A DNA stretch of 64,000 nucleotides from Bacillota bacterium (GTDB lineage Bacteria > Bacillota > UBA5301 > JAMCQP01): contig JAMCQP010000045.1 in NCBI GenBank assembly GCA_023381695.1, positions 6,263 through 70,262 on the forward strand, written 5' to 3'. How positions within the stretch are numbered: the first letter of the stretch is position 1; each line of letters opens with the position of its first letter. Positions 1 through 10,068 of the stretch are shown one piece after another. The notes under the pieces are model-generated. The model saw only the letters and a list, made by a program, of their open reading frames with translations, did no database searches and was not told the origin of the DNA. The position numbers and the translations under genes are program-made.

Positions 1-625
1 CCGCCACCTGGAAAGCCATGCCCAGGTTTAACCCATACTCATACATGGCGCCGGCCACCTCGTCCGAAGCACCCCCGGCCAGTGCGCCGAGTTCGCAGCA
101 GGTTCCCATGAAAAGCGCGGTCTTGCGCTTGATCCGTTCAAAGTAGGCCCCTTCCGCCAGGGAGACATCGTAGGCATGGAAGATTTGCAGGATCTCCCCG
201 GCTCCCATACCGGCAATCATGCCCGACATGGCGGCAAAATATTTGATGTTTTTCAGCTGGGCCAGGACGTCAAAAGCCTTGGCGAAGACATGGTCCCCGG
301 CCAAAATGGCGATCTTGTTCCCCCAGCGGCTGTGCATGGTCGGCTGCCCACGGCGGGTCCCGGCATGATCCACCACGTCGTCGTGGATCAGCGTGGCCGT
401 GTGCATGAGTTCGGCGCACACCGCCAGCGGGATCCCCTGACTGATATCAGGCGTAAAGCACTCCACGGAAAGCAACACCAGGATCGGACGGATTCGCTTG
501 CCGCCCGCCTTCGGTAATGGCCCCAGCAACCGGTCTAAAAAGGGATCGTCGGTATAGAGGGCTTCCTCCAGTTTGATTTCGACTTCTTCCAGGTGGCCAT
601 GCAGTCGCCGCTGAATCTGCTCCAT
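1..625 (-). CDS. Polyprenyl diphosphate synthase (HepT/IspB-like), partial; runs off the window's left edge
   Basis: Not in the ORF track; translated by hand from ATG at 625: MEQIQRRL...GGKRIRP...ELMHTATLIHDDVVD..GTRRG.PT...WGNKIAILAGD...KTA...YGLNLGMAFQVA. Shows the first DDxxD motif and the lead-in to the second. Confidence 0.93.
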   Translation of the reverse strand, partial: MEQIQRRLHGHLEEVEIKLEEALYTDDPFLDRLLGPLPKAGGKRIRPILVLLSVECFTPDISQGIPLAVCAELMHTATLIHDDVVDHAGTRRGQPTMHSRWGNKIAILAGDHVFAKAFDVLAQLKNIKYFAAMSGMIAGMGAGEILQIFHAYDVSLAEGAYFERIKRKTALFMGTCCELGALAGGASDEVAGAMYEYGLNLGMAFQVA

Positions 626-677
626 CGTGCACCCTTCAGTGTCTGGTTCTTTCTGAGAAAGAACCATTTAAAATTCG

Positions 678-1529
678 TTAAAACTCGTTGGGCATGTTGC
701 CGAGCTGCGCCAGAGTGAAGACCGGGCCGTCGACGCATACGTACTTTTCGCCGATGTTGCACCGGCCGCATTTGCCGACGCCGCACTTCATCTTCATTTC
801 CAGGGTCGTGATAATCTGCTCGGGTGTAAACTTCAGCTTGGCCAGAGTCTGCAAAACAAACTTGATCATGATCGGCGGCCCGCAGGTGATGGCGATGGAC
901 CCCGCCGGCGAGGGGTTGACCTGCTCCGCGAAGGCGGGCACAAAGCCCACCGGCCCCTTCCAGTCATCGTCACCTTTGTCCACCGTGACATGAACCTTGA
1001 CCCCTTTAACTTTCGACCAGTTTTCAAGGATCTCCTCCTTGAAAACCAGATCTTGCGGCGAACGCGCCCCGTAAATAATCTCCACCGCGCCGAACTTGTC
1101 CCGGTTGTCCAGGACGTTGTTGATCAGTGAACGTAGCGGCGCCAGGCCGATGCCACCGCCGATAAAGACCAGATCCTTGCCGTACATGGACTCGATGGGG
1201 AAGCTGTTGCCATAGGGACCCCGGACCCCGATCTTCTGCCCCTCTTCCGCCTCATGCAAAGCCCCGGTCAGCATCCCGGCCTTTTTGACGCTGAACTCCA
1301 GAAATCCCTTGCGGGTCGGGGAAGCGGTAATGGAGATCATCGCCTCGCCCACGCCGGGCAACGATACCATGGCGCACTGCCCGGACCGGTAGGTAAAGCC
1401 GTCCATGACGGAGGGATCGTCGAAGACCACCCGGAAGGTCTTCACATCAGGGGTCTCCTGGGTAATCTTTTCGATGGTCGCCACCTCCGGGATGAGGGGG
1501 CTCTTCTTCAGCGCGCTACTTTGCTGCAT
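678..1529 (-). CDS. flxA: FAD/NAD(P)-binding oxidoreductase with 2Fe-2S cluster (FlxA / sulfhydrogenase gamma / AsrB-like)
   Basis: GPYGN, GGGIGLAPLRS, CGPPIM and MKCGVGKCGRC...CVDGPVF motifs; last gene of the hdr-flx cluster. Confidence 0.85.
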   Translation of the reverse strand: MQQSSALKKSPLIPEVATIEKITQETPDVKTFRVVFDDPSVMDGFTYRSGQCAMVSLPGVGEAMISITASPTRKGFLEFSVKKAGMLTGALHEAEEGQKIGVRGPYGNSFPIESMYGKDLVFIGGGIGLAPLRSLINNVLDNRDKFGAVEIIYGARSPQDLVFKEEILENWSKVKGVKVHVTVDKGDDDWKGPVGFVPAFAEQVNPSPAGSIAITCGPPIMIKFVLQTLAKLKFTPEQIITTLEMKMKCGVGKCGRCNIGEKYVCVDGPVFTLAQLGNMPNEF

Positions 1530-2556
1530 TTTGGAGTTTTCCCCCCTTCACATCGGAGATAATCTGCGTGATGTCCATGTGGACGGGGCATTTCTGCAGG
1601 CAGCGCCCGCACCCCACGCAAGCGTACTCCTTGTAGCGGTCAGGGAAGTACCGCAATTTGTGGAGGAAACGCTGGCGAACCCTTTCCTTCTTCGTGGGAC
1701 GCGGGTTATGGCCGCCGGCCATCCTGGTGAAATCCGTGAACATGCACGAGTCCCAGCACCGGAAACGCTCGCCGGCCTGCCCCGATGTGTCGTTGATGTC
1801 GAAACAATGGCAGGTCGGGCAGATATAGGTGCAGATCCCGCAGGTCAGGCATTTCGGAGAAATCTCATCCCAGTAGGGGCTTTCAAAGAAGTGATCCAGC
1901 TCCTCCTTCACGCCTTTGGGATCCACGGACAATTTCAAAGCTTTTTTGGCGTTGGCGGCGCGCTCGGAGGCCTCCTTCACCTGGCCGGCATCGGGGTCCG
2001 CAAAGAAGCTCCAGCCCTTTTGCAGCGCCTCTTTGCCCTTTTCGCTCTGAATATTGACCAGATAGCCGCCCTCCATCTCGGTGAAAAAGAGGTCCGCCGC
2101 CGGGCTGCTCCCCGGCTCGATCCCAAAGGACCCGCAAAAGCAGGTGGGCTGCGGCGAATTGCATCCCAGCCCCACCAGGACTGTCCTGGCGCGCTTGTCG
2201 AGGTACTGGCCGTCCTGGAAGTCTCCATCGAAGACGTGATCGAGCAACGTGATGCTCTTCAGGTCACAGGGGCGGACTCCAAAGAGCACCCGCGGCCGCG
2301 CCAGGGGAGGCTCGGGTTCAATGGCCAACTGGCCCGCGCTGGCCTTGAACCGGAAGACGGTCTCCGTCTGGGGAAAGAAGTGGTCCTTCGCCGGAAGCAC
2401 CGTATTGTTGTAGTCCAGGAGGACCCTGGCCGCGGACTTGACCTCCTTGAACAGCACAACATCGTCGTCCAAGGTGGGAGCGATCAGGTCATACTCGCGT
2501 GTTATAGTATCGAGCCATTTGCCGAGGTTCTCCCTGGAAATGACCTTGTGTTCCAT
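1516..2556 (-). CDS. flxB: 4Fe-4S dicluster protein (FlxB / sulfhydrogenase beta / AsrA-like)
   Basis: GVRPCD, CFC, CLTCGICTYICPTCHCF, RCWDSC and CVGCGRCLQKCP; start set at MEHKV (ATG 2556) behind a GAGGGTG RBS. Confidence 0.85.
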   Translation of the reverse strand: MEHKVISRENLGKWLDTITREYDLIAPTLDDDVVLFKEVKSAARVLLDYNNTVLPAKDHFFPQTETVFRFKASAGQLAIEPEPPLARPRVLFGVRPCDLKSITLLDHVFDGDFQDGQYLDKRARTVLVGLGCNSPQPTCFCGSFGIEPGSSPAADLFFTEMEGGYLVNIQSEKGKEALQKGWSFFADPDAGQVKEASERAANAKKALKLSVDPKGVKEELDHFFESPYWDEISPKCLTCGICTYICPTCHCFDINDTSGQAGERFRCWDSCMFTDFTRMAGGHNPRPTKKERVRQRFLHKLRYFPDRYKEYACVGCGRCLQKCPVHMDITQIISDVKGGKLQNAAK

Positions 2557-2617
2557 GTTTACCACCCTCACTTTTTCCGTGCCAATAAACGGCGGCCTGC
2601 TTCGACACGGAGATAAT

Positions 2618-3581
2618 CTACATGAACTCTTCGGGATCGTTGACGGCAAAGACCCCCAGGGCTGGTTTTTCATCGAGCTGGGTGCCCGGCCGTTGCTCCC
2701 CGAAGAGTTCGCCCAGATCCTTGGCGATCTTCTTGTTCAGCTTGCGGATGGGAATATGCATCGGGCAGATCCGCTCGCACTCTCCGCATTCCACACACCG
2801 CCCCGCCACATGCAGCGCCCTGGTGATGTGGAAGATCCGGTTCTCCGGAACATTGACCGCCTTGCTCACCCAGCGCGGCTCCACCTGGTCAAAGACGCAT
2901 TCCTTGCAATCGCAGGCCGGACAGACGTTCCGGCAGGCATAACAGCGGATGCAGCGGTCGAAAACCTTATCCCAGTAGTCCTTTTTGGCTTCCCGCTTGT
3001 ACGATTCAAGCTCAACCACCTCGGCATAGCGATCCTGTGGCGTAATCTGCCGGGGTTGAACCTCCTCGCCGATCAAAACGTCGCTCAGCACCGGGTTGGG
3101 GTAATCGCAATCCCGGCACTTGGCGGGCATGGCCTCGGCTTTGGCCACCACCTTCGCCCCGCCGGGAAGTCCCAGGCCTGAAACTCTCGCCCTGATCCTC
3201 GACCTCCACCGCCACCCCGTCCGGAACCCACGGCAATTTCGCCGGGTCCAGAAGGCCGGTGCAAGGCACGCCAATGATGTATACCTTATCCCTGGCAATC
3301 TGGCCGTCGTTGATCAGCCGGACAATCCCCCGGCTGTCGCAGCCCCTGGCAATAACGCCGATCTTGCCCTCCTGGTAACGATCTTCAAAAAGGTATTTCG
3401 CAAGGGTGTTGGCGCAGAATGGGCTCCATACCAGCCGATCCACATCCTCCGGCCGGCGGATGAAGGCCGGCCTGGGTTCGTAGGCGTTCCGCCCGGCCTC
3501 ATAGCCGAGAATATATTGTACTGTACCATCAGCCAGAAGCTCTTTGGCCTTCCGGCGGATCTCTTCCGTAAGCTTCTTCAT
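2618..3581 (-). pseudogene. flxC: FlxC-like 4Fe-4S protein split by an apparent 1-nt insertion at ~3176 (real lesion or sequencing error)
   Basis: N half (3581->3177: MKKLTEEIR...FCANTLAKYL...ARGCDSRGI...GVPC) and C half (CRDC, CIRCYACRNVCPACDCKEC, AGRCVECGECERICP) join if one C is removed from TTC AGG C CTG GGA. Confidence 0.8.
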
Positions 3582-4105
3582 TGCGCATCCCTCGTCTTTT
3601 CGGAGTCTTGTGGCTTCCGATAAGGCCCAAGGGCCTTGACCTGCTCGGTGATCTCCTGGGCCACCTGGGCGAACTTCGGCCCCTCCGACCCGGAGATCCA
3701 GCGGGCATGGAAACGTTCCGGCTCAATCCCGATATATTCCAACAGCCGCTTGGTCAGAAGGAAACGCCGCCGGGTAAAGTAGTTGCCGGTGGAATAGTGG
3801 CAGTCCCCGGGGTGGCAACCGGCCACCAGGACCCCATCCGCGCCCTTTTCGAAGGCGCGCAGGATGAACTGGGGATTGACCCTCCCCGAGCATGGCACCC
3901 GGATCAACCGGATGTTGGGCGGGTAGGCGATCCGGCTGGTGCCGGCCAGATCCGCCCCGGCATAGGTGCACCAGTTGCAGGCGAATCCCACGATCTTCGG
4001 CTCCCAGCCCGCGGCCGCCGGGGCCCCCTGGGCCACGGGTTTTTCCTGGATACCGGCTTCCGCCGTCTCCGGTTGTACTTGCTTTGCCGGTTCATTTACA
4101 GACAT
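3578..4105 (-). CDS. mvhD: MvhD/FlxD-type 2Fe-2S subunit
   Basis: CNWCTYAGAD, RVPCSGRV, GADGVLVAGCHPGDCHY; Cys rather than Sec; ~30-aa Ala/Pro/Glu-rich N-terminal extension. Confidence 0.92.
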   Translation of the reverse strand: MSVNEPAKQVQPETAEAGIQEKPVAQGAPAAAGWEPKIVGFACNWCTYAGADLAGTSRIAYPPNIRLIRVPCSGRVNPQFILRAFEKGADGVLVAGCHPGDCHYSTGNYFTRRRFLLTKRLLEYIGIEPERFHARWISGSEGPKFAQVAQEITEQVKALGPYRKPQDSEKTRDAQ

Positions 4106-6076
4106 AGCGCTTCCACCTCCGCGAGGATCTGTTCATTGGAGAAGCCCTTGAGATTCAAGGCTCCCGGCCGGCAGGCGACGGTGCACGCCCCGCAACCGTG
4201 GCACAGGCCGGAGTTGACCGTGGCCACCACGCGCTCCAGAACCTTTCCGTTCACCCTCTCGGTGATCTTCTTGCCGTCGATGGCCTTGTACGGGCAGATC
4301 GGTTTGCACAGCAGGCAGCCCGAGCACTTGCTCTCGTCCACGATGGAGACCATCGGGTCGGTCGCCATCTGATCCTTTGAAAACAGGGCGCAAATCTTGG
4401 CCGCCGCCGCGCTGGCCTGGGCCACCGTATCCGGAATATCCTTGGGACCCTGGCAGGCCCCGGCCAGGAAGATCCCGCCGGTGTTGGTCTCCACCGGCCG
4501 CAGCTTGGGATGCGCCTCGGTGAAGAAGTTGTTGGCGTCATAGGAGAAGCCCAGCCGCCGGGCCACCTCGGCGGCGTCTGGCTGGGCGACCATGGCCGTG
4601 GCTAAAACCACCATATCGGCCTCCACTTCCACCTGCCGGCCGATCAGGGTGTCCTCGCCCCGCACCACCAGCTTGTCGCCTTGGGGGTAAACCTTGGAGA
4701 CCCGCCCCCGGATGTATTTGGCGCCGTACTCCTCGGTGGCGCGCTTGTAGAACTCCTCGTAGTTCTTGCCGGGCGTCCGCACGTCCATATAAAATACGTA
4801 GGACTGGGACCCCTCAATCTTCTCCGCCATTGAGCGTGGCATGCTTGGCGGTGTACATGCAGCAGGTCCGGGAGCAATACGGGACGCCCTTGGCCTCATC
4901 CCGGGAACCCACGCACTGGATGAAGACCACATCCTTGGGCACCTTGCCGTCGGACGGGCGCTTGATCTTGCCGCTGGTGGGCCCGGAAGCGTTGATCAGC
5001 CGTTCAAAGTGCAGGCCGGTGATCACGTCCGGGTACAGGCCGTAACCATATTCACCATACACCGAGTGGTCGAAGAGGTCGTAACCGGTGGCCGCCACAA
5101 TGGCCCCGACCTTCTCGGTGACGAGCTCGTCGGTCTGGGTATAATCCACCGCGCCGGTGGGGCAGAACTTCTGGCAGATGCCGCACTTGCCCTTGGTGAA
5201 CTGCAGGCAATGCTGCCGGTCGATTACCGGCTTGTTGGGCACCGCCTGCGGGAACGGCGTATAAATGGCCTTGCGATGGCCAAGCTTCATGTCAAATTCG
5301 CCGGGAACCTTGGTGGGGCATTTGGTCTGGCACACACCGCAACCCGTGCACTTGACGTTGTCCACGGAACTCGCCTTGCGGCGGATGGTCACCTCGAAGT
5401 TGCCGATGTAGCCATCGACCTTCTCCACCTCGGAATACGCGAGAATCTTGATCTTCTCGTGCTGGGCCACGTCCACCATCTTGGGGGTAAGAATACAGGC
5501 CGAGCAGTCCAGGGTCGGGAAGGTCTTGTCGATCTGGGCCATCTTTCCACCCAGGCTCGGTTCCCGCTCCACAAGGACCACTTCGTAACCGGCGTCGGCG
5601 ATATCCAGGGCCGCCTGGATCCCGGCGATCCCACCGCCCACCACCATCGCCCGCTTCTCCACCGGAATGGAGGACGGCTGCAGCGGCACATTCAGGGCCA
5701 CCTTGGCCGCCGCCGTGCGCACCAGGTCGATGGCCTTCTCGGTGGCCGCCTCCTTGTCGGAGTGCACCCAGGCGCAGTGCTCCCTGAGATTGGCCATCTC
5801 GAAGAGATACGGGTTCAACCCCGCCGCCGCCACGGTCTTGCGGAAGGTCGGCTCATGCATGCGGGGGGAACAGGACCCCACCACCACGCCATCCAGGTTG
5901 TGCTCCTTGATCGCATTCTTGATCAGGTCCTGGCCGGGTTCGGAACACATGTACTTGTAATCGGTGGCAAAAGCCACCTTGGGAAAGGTCTTCGCCACCT
6001 CGGCCACTTTTTGCACATCAACGGTGCCGGCGATATTTGAACCGCACCAGCAGATAAAGACCCCTATTCTTTTCAT
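4096..6076 (-). pseudogene. hdrA: Heterodisulfide reductase subunit A split by an apparent 1-nt insertion at ~4831 (real lesion or sequencing error)
   Basis: RIGVFICWCG, NLREHCAWVH, GGGIAG, KTFPTLDCSAC and CSRTCCMY in ORF 4814-6076; YMDVRTPGK, FLAGACQGPKDIP and two C-terminal ferredoxin motifs in ORF 4096-4932. Joined by removing one A from ACG CTC A ATG GCG. Confidence 0.88.
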
Positions 6077-6095
6077 CCGAACATCGCTCCTCGTG

Positions 6096-6968
6096 TTAGC
6101 TTGCCAGACCCTGCTCCGACAGGAGGTTCACCCCGTCCACGATGTGCTTGTCGATGCCTAGTTGGGCAGGACGATGACCCAGCGCGATCCCCAATAGCTC
6201 CGTAAAGTAGTAGATCGGCAGGTGGTAAGCGGTCCCGTACATCTTCTCCGCTTCCTTTTGCCGCAGATCGAGGTTGACCTGGCACAGGGGGCAGGCGGTC
6301 ACCACGCAGTTGGCGCCGTTGGCCTTGGCCATGCCCAGGATGTCGTTGGCTAGCTTCACCACAATGTCGGTCCGCGAAACGGACAGACTTCCACCGCAAC
6401 ACTCCGTCTTGAAGGGCCACTCCACGGTCTCCGCCCCGAGCCCCTGCATCAGATCGTCGAGGAAGTGTGGGTTCTCCGGGTCGTCAAACTGCACCAGCTT
6501 GGGCGGCTTGACCATCAGGCAGCCGTAATAGGCGGCCACCTTCAGCCCGCTCAGCTTCCTCTTGACCAGAGGAGTGATATTGTCGAGGCCCACCTGGTTG
6601 ACGATTACATCCACCAGGGAAAAAACCTGGACGTCGCCCTGGTATTCCATGCCGGTAACCTTGTTCACCTCGGCCGCCAGCCGGGGGTTCTCCGTCATCT
6701 CCACCTGCGCGGTCTTGAGCCGGTTGAAGCAGGCGGCGCAGGGCGCCACGAGATCCATCCCGATGGCTTCCGAGATGGCCAGATTCCTGGCGGGAAGCGC
6801 GATGGACAGGAGGTGATCCGTGCTGTGCGCGGGGGTTGAACCGCAACAGTTCCAGTCCGGCAGCTCCTCCAGGGTCACGCCGAGGTCCCGGCAAACCCGC
6901 CGGGTCGAGATATTGTACTCTTTGGACGTGGAATGCAACGAACATCCGGGGTAATAAGCAAACTTCAC
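6096..6968 (-). CDS. hdrB: Heterodisulfide reductase subunit B (CCG domains)
   Basis: YYPGC, DWNCCG, PCAACF, YYGC, ECCGG, ACPLCQ.NLD. Confidence 0.93.
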   Translation of the reverse strand: MKFAYYPGCSLHSTSKEYNISTRRVCRDLGVTLEELPDWNCCGSTPAHSTDHLLSIALPARNLAISEAIGMDLVAPCAACFNRLKTAQVEMTENPRLAAEVNKVTGMEYQGDVQVFSLVDVIVNQVGLDNITPLVKRKLSGLKVAAYYGCLMVKPPKLVQFDDPENPHFLDDLMQGLGAETVEWPFKTECCGGSLSVSRTDIVVKLANDILGMAKANGANCVVTACPLCQVNLDLRQKEAEKMYGTAYHLPIYYFTELLGIALGHRPAQLGIDKHIVDGVNLLSEQGLAS

Positions 6969-7537
6969 GCGCGTTCCCTCCCAGCCTGGACGGTATGTTC
7001 AAAGATTCTCCTGACCTCCTGGACCTTCTTGATCCGGCCGGGAAGAATCTTCAGCTTGCCTTTAAAGAAGAGAACCGGGGCCTTGAGGACATCATGGAGG
7101 AAATGCTTGCTGCGCAGGTTGTAGTAGGCAATGAGGCCCACCTCGTGCAACCGGCCGTTGTTCTTGACCGAACGCAGGAAGGTGTCGTTGAAGACCGCCA
7201 CCTCCGGCACGCCGATGCTCCCCTTCTCCCGCGCGATGCCGCGCAAGACGTCCATCACCCGCGCCAGATCGATCTCCCGCGGGCAGCGCGTGGTGCAGGT
7301 GGTGCAGGAGGCGCAGAGCCAGATTGTGGAGCTCTTCAGCACCTCATCTTGCATGCCCAGCTGGAGCATCCGCATGATCTGCCGCGGCGGCACGTCCATG
7401 GCGAAGGCCACCGGGCACCCGCCGGTGCATTTGCCGCACTGGTAGCAGGATCGCACATTCTGCTCGCTCTCGGCTTCGACGCGGCGGACGAAATCCTGGC
7501 TCTCCCACCCTAACCGGGTAAGATTGATGGTTTCCAT
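6965..7537 (-). CDS. hdrC: Heterodisulfide reductase subunit C
   Basis: CYQCGKCTGGCP and IWLCASCTTCTTRCPR; overlaps the hdrB start. Confidence 0.93.
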   Translation of the reverse strand: METINLTRLGWESQDFVRRVEAESEQNVRSCYQCGKCTGGCPVAFAMDVPPRQIMRMLQLGMQDEVLKSSTIWLCASCTTCTTRCPREIDLARVMDVLRGIAREKGSIGVPEVAVFNDTFLRSVKNNGRLHEVGLIAYYNLRSKHFLHDVLKAPVLFFKGKLKILPGRIKKVQEVRRIFEHTVQAGRERA

Positions 7538-7703
7538 TTCAACCCCTCTTTGCCCAAAAAATGGTCAAAAAATAAAATAACACCCTTGGTCTTCGTAAAA
7601 GTACGGCCCTTCACAAAGCTATTCAAACTAAATCCCCGGCATGCGAGGATCCCCGGCAAGACAAGGGAACCCCCCGGGGCATAATACACATATCTTTTTT
7701 TTA

Positions 7704-7728
7704 TTTCGTAACCAGGATCTAAATCCCT
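7704..7728 (-). promoter_or_regulatory. Sigma-H-like promoter upstream of hdrC
   Basis: AGGGATT-14 nt-GAAA, compared with the sigma-H consensus AGGAWWT-14-GAAT. Confidence 0.35.
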
Positions 7729-7778
7729 GCTTATTCACGAGATTTTTTTAAGGAATTTTGGGCTTGGGCTGAGCGGGA

Positions 7779-9452
7779 TCATTCCTCCTCAAACTCATAC
7801 AACGCATCGATAAGTTCCGCCTCAAGTTCGGCAACGGCGTCCATGTCGTCTTGGTCCAGAGCAGCCTCGATATCGTCGGCGAGGCTGAGCAGCGCCGCCC
7901 GTTCTTCCTCATCCTCAACGCCTCCGGCGATGCTCCGGGCTTTGTCGATCACGGCAAGAATCGCCGTATTTTCGGCCTTCTCGGGAACTTTGTCCCTCAC
8001 ATTGGAGATGGTCATGCGTTGCTCCTTGCCAGTTTCCTTCTCTACGGCGCTTACCTGCACCATGCCGTCGAGATCGTATTCAAATTTCACGATGATCTTC
8101 GGCTCTCCGGCAGGAGCCGGCTTGATCCCCTTGAGCATGAACTTGCCGAGAAAGGCGTTCCCTGAAGCAATCGGGTTCTCGCCCTGGTAAACCTCGATCT
8201 CCACTTCATCCTGGTTATCCCTCACCGTGGTGTAGACCTCCGCCTTGGACGTGGGAATCACGGTGTTTCTCTTGATGATGGTGCTGTAAGCGTTTGGCAC
8301 CACCATCCCTCCCACCTCTCCAATGGCGGAAATCCCTAGAGAAAACGCGGTCACATCCACGAGAACCGCATCCACCTCCTCGCCGGCGATGATCGCCGCC
8401 TGAACAGCGGCGCCAAGGGCCACACATTCATCGGGATTGACCTCGGAAGACGGTTCCTTGCCCATCCGCGCTTCCAGGATTTCGGAGACAGCAGGTATCC
8501 GGGTGGATCCACCTACCAGAAGAATCCTGTCGATGTCGGATGGTTTCATGGAAGCATCTGCCAGGGTTTTGTCCAGCAGCCGGGTGGTTCGGTCCAGCAA
8601 ATCCCCGATCAATTCCTCAAACTTTGCCCTGGAAACCTCAATTCCCAGGTTTAATGGCTTCCCATCCTTTGCAGCGATAAACTCCTCTCTAATGGCGGCA
8701 AAGGGGTGATCGGAAAGCTCGATCTTCGCGGCCTCCGCAGCCCTGATGAGGCGCGCCAGGGCACGCGCATCCCGCCGCAAGTCCACTCCATGTTCCTTTA
8801 AAAACTCGCCGGCCACGTAGTCCACGATTCTCTGGTCGAAGTCATCACCGCCCAGGTGATTGTCGCCGCTGGTGGCAATGACTTCGATCACCCCGGAAGC
8901 GATCTCCACTATGGAAACATCGAAGGTCCCGCCCCCGAGGTCATATACCAGAACCCTCTGTTCGTCCTCCCGGTTCAACCCGTAGGCTAAGGCGGAAGCC
9001 GTGGGCTCGTTGATAATCCTGACCACATCCAGCCCGGCCAGTTCCCCGGCCTCCCTGGTCTCCTGGCGCGCCGCATCGGCAAAGTAGGCCGGGACGGTGA
9101 TCACTGCCTTCTGGGGCCTGTCGCCCAGATGTGCCTGGGCGATGTCTCTCAACCGGCCCAGGATCATGGCGGAGATCTGCGAGGGAGTGTATTCCTTGCC
9201 GGCCATGATCACCCTCTGCTCCGAGCCCATCAGCCGTTTAACGGATTTTACCGTGCTCTCCGGCCTGATGATATACTGGTTACGGGCCGGCCTTCCCACC
9301 AGCAACTTCCCTTCCTCCGACACACCCACTACCGATGGAATTCTGGCGTCCCCGTCCGCCGGAATCACCCTGGGCCTGCCCATATCCACATAAGCAATCA
9401 CGGAATTAGTCGTTCCCAGATCTATGCCGACTATTTCCTTCAAACCCCACAC
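7779..9452 (-). CDS. Hsp70/DnaK-family chaperone paralog, 557 aa, with short lid and no long C-terminal tail
   Basis: GIDLGTTNS, TVPAYF, RIINEPTASALAYG, YDLGGGTFDVS, GDNHLGGDDFD, linker VLVDVTAFSLGI and a substrate-binding domain; true start may be TTG at 9443. Confidence 0.95.
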   Translation of the reverse strand: MWGLKEIVGIDLGTTNSVIAYVDMGRPRVIPADGDARIPSVVGVSEEGKLLVGRPARNQYIIRPESTVKSVKRLMGSEQRVIMAGKEYTPSQISAMILGRLRDIAQAHLGDRPQKAVITVPAYFADAARQETREAGELAGLDVVRIINEPTASALAYGLNREDEQRVLVYDLGGGTFDVSIVEIASGVIEVIATSGDNHLGGDDFDQRIVDYVAGEFLKEHGVDLRRDARALARLIRAAEAAKIELSDHPFAAIREEFIAAKDGKPLNLGIEVSRAKFEELIGDLLDRTTRLLDKTLADASMKPSDIDRILLVGGSTRIPAVSEILEARMGKEPSSEVNPDECVALGAAVQAAIIAGEEVDAVLVDVTAFSLGISAIGEVGGMVVPNAYSTIIKRNTVIPTSKAEVYTTVRDNQDEVEIEVYQGENPIASGNAFLGKFMLKGIKPAPAGEPKIIVKFEYDLDGMVQVSAVEKETGKEQRMTISNVRDKVPEKAENTAILAVIDKARSIAGGVEDEEERAALLSLADDIEAALDQDDMDAVAELEAELIDALYEFEEE

Positions 9453-9471
9453 CCCCCAAAATACGGTTGAG

Positions 9472-9520
9472 CCGGGTCATACCGTCCCGGGTCATTCCAT
9501 CCCCGGCCATACCGTCCCGG
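9472..9520. repeat. Degenerate 15-bp tandem repeat (~3.3 copies) spanning the grpE stop
   Basis: ccgggtcataccgtc / ccgggtcattccatc / cccggccataccgtc / ccgg. Confidence 0.8.
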
Positions 9521-10067
9521 TCTGGCTCTTTGAAACCGCCACTTCCGAATATCTGATCACGGCTTCACCCAGGCGGTACCCTCTGGTGATCTCTTTTAAA
9601 ACGATCTCTGGCGGAAGATCGGAAACCTCCACCACTTCCACGGCATTGTGCAGAGAAGGATTGAACTTCCCTCCCAGGGCTTCTATGGGGGTAATTCCGT
9701 ACCGGGCCAGAGCAACCTCGGCGCGATCTAGAACGCTCCGGAGACCAGCCCGCAGCGATTCGTTCTCCCCGGCAAAATCCAGGCACGCCAGAATTCCATC
9801 GATGATCGGGAGGAGATCTCCTGCCAGACCCATGGCAAGTTCTCTTATGGCCCCCGCCCGGATCTCCTCCCTCAAGCCGGCGCGTTGCTCATGGATCATG
9901 GAAATGCTCTGCTCCGCCAGGATGTTTGCCTTATACTGCTCCCTCGCCAGCCGTTCGATCTTCTTCGCCAGGGCAGCAAGCTCTTCCGCTAAAAGCCCGT
10001 TCTGCTCTTTTCTACCCCTCCCTGGCCTGAATGTAAACTTGGCCGCCAGGTCATTTATAAACCCCAA
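9492..10067 (-). CDS. grpE: GrpE-family nucleotide exchange factor
   Basis: LLPIIDG, G.TPIEALGGKFNPSLHNAV and RGYRLGEAVIRYSEVAVSK; directly upstream of the Hsp70 gene. Confidence 0.88.
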   Translation of the reverse strand: MGFINDLAAKFTFRPGRGRKEQNGLLAEELAALAKKIERLAREQYKANILAEQSISMIHEQRAGLREEIRAGAIRELAMGLAGDLLPIIDGILACLDFAGENESLRAGLRSVLDRAEVALARYGITPIEALGGKFNPSLHNAVEVVEVSDLPPEIVLKEITRGYRLGEAVIRYSEVAVSKSQTGTVWPGME

Positions 10068-10068
10068 T

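Noticed and set aside
176-517. 113-aa plus-strand ORF at the window start
   Set aside because: Antisense to the polyprenyl synthetase, which the ORF track missed because it runs off the edge.
3578-6076. Possible selenocysteine recoding in HdrA/MvhD explaining the split ORFs
   Set aside because: The positions that can be Sec are Cys codons here, and the breaks are frame changes rather than in-frame TGA.
7590-7620. Rex box upstream of hdrC
   Set aside because: Only one TTGTGAA half-site; the partner half is at the wrong spacing.
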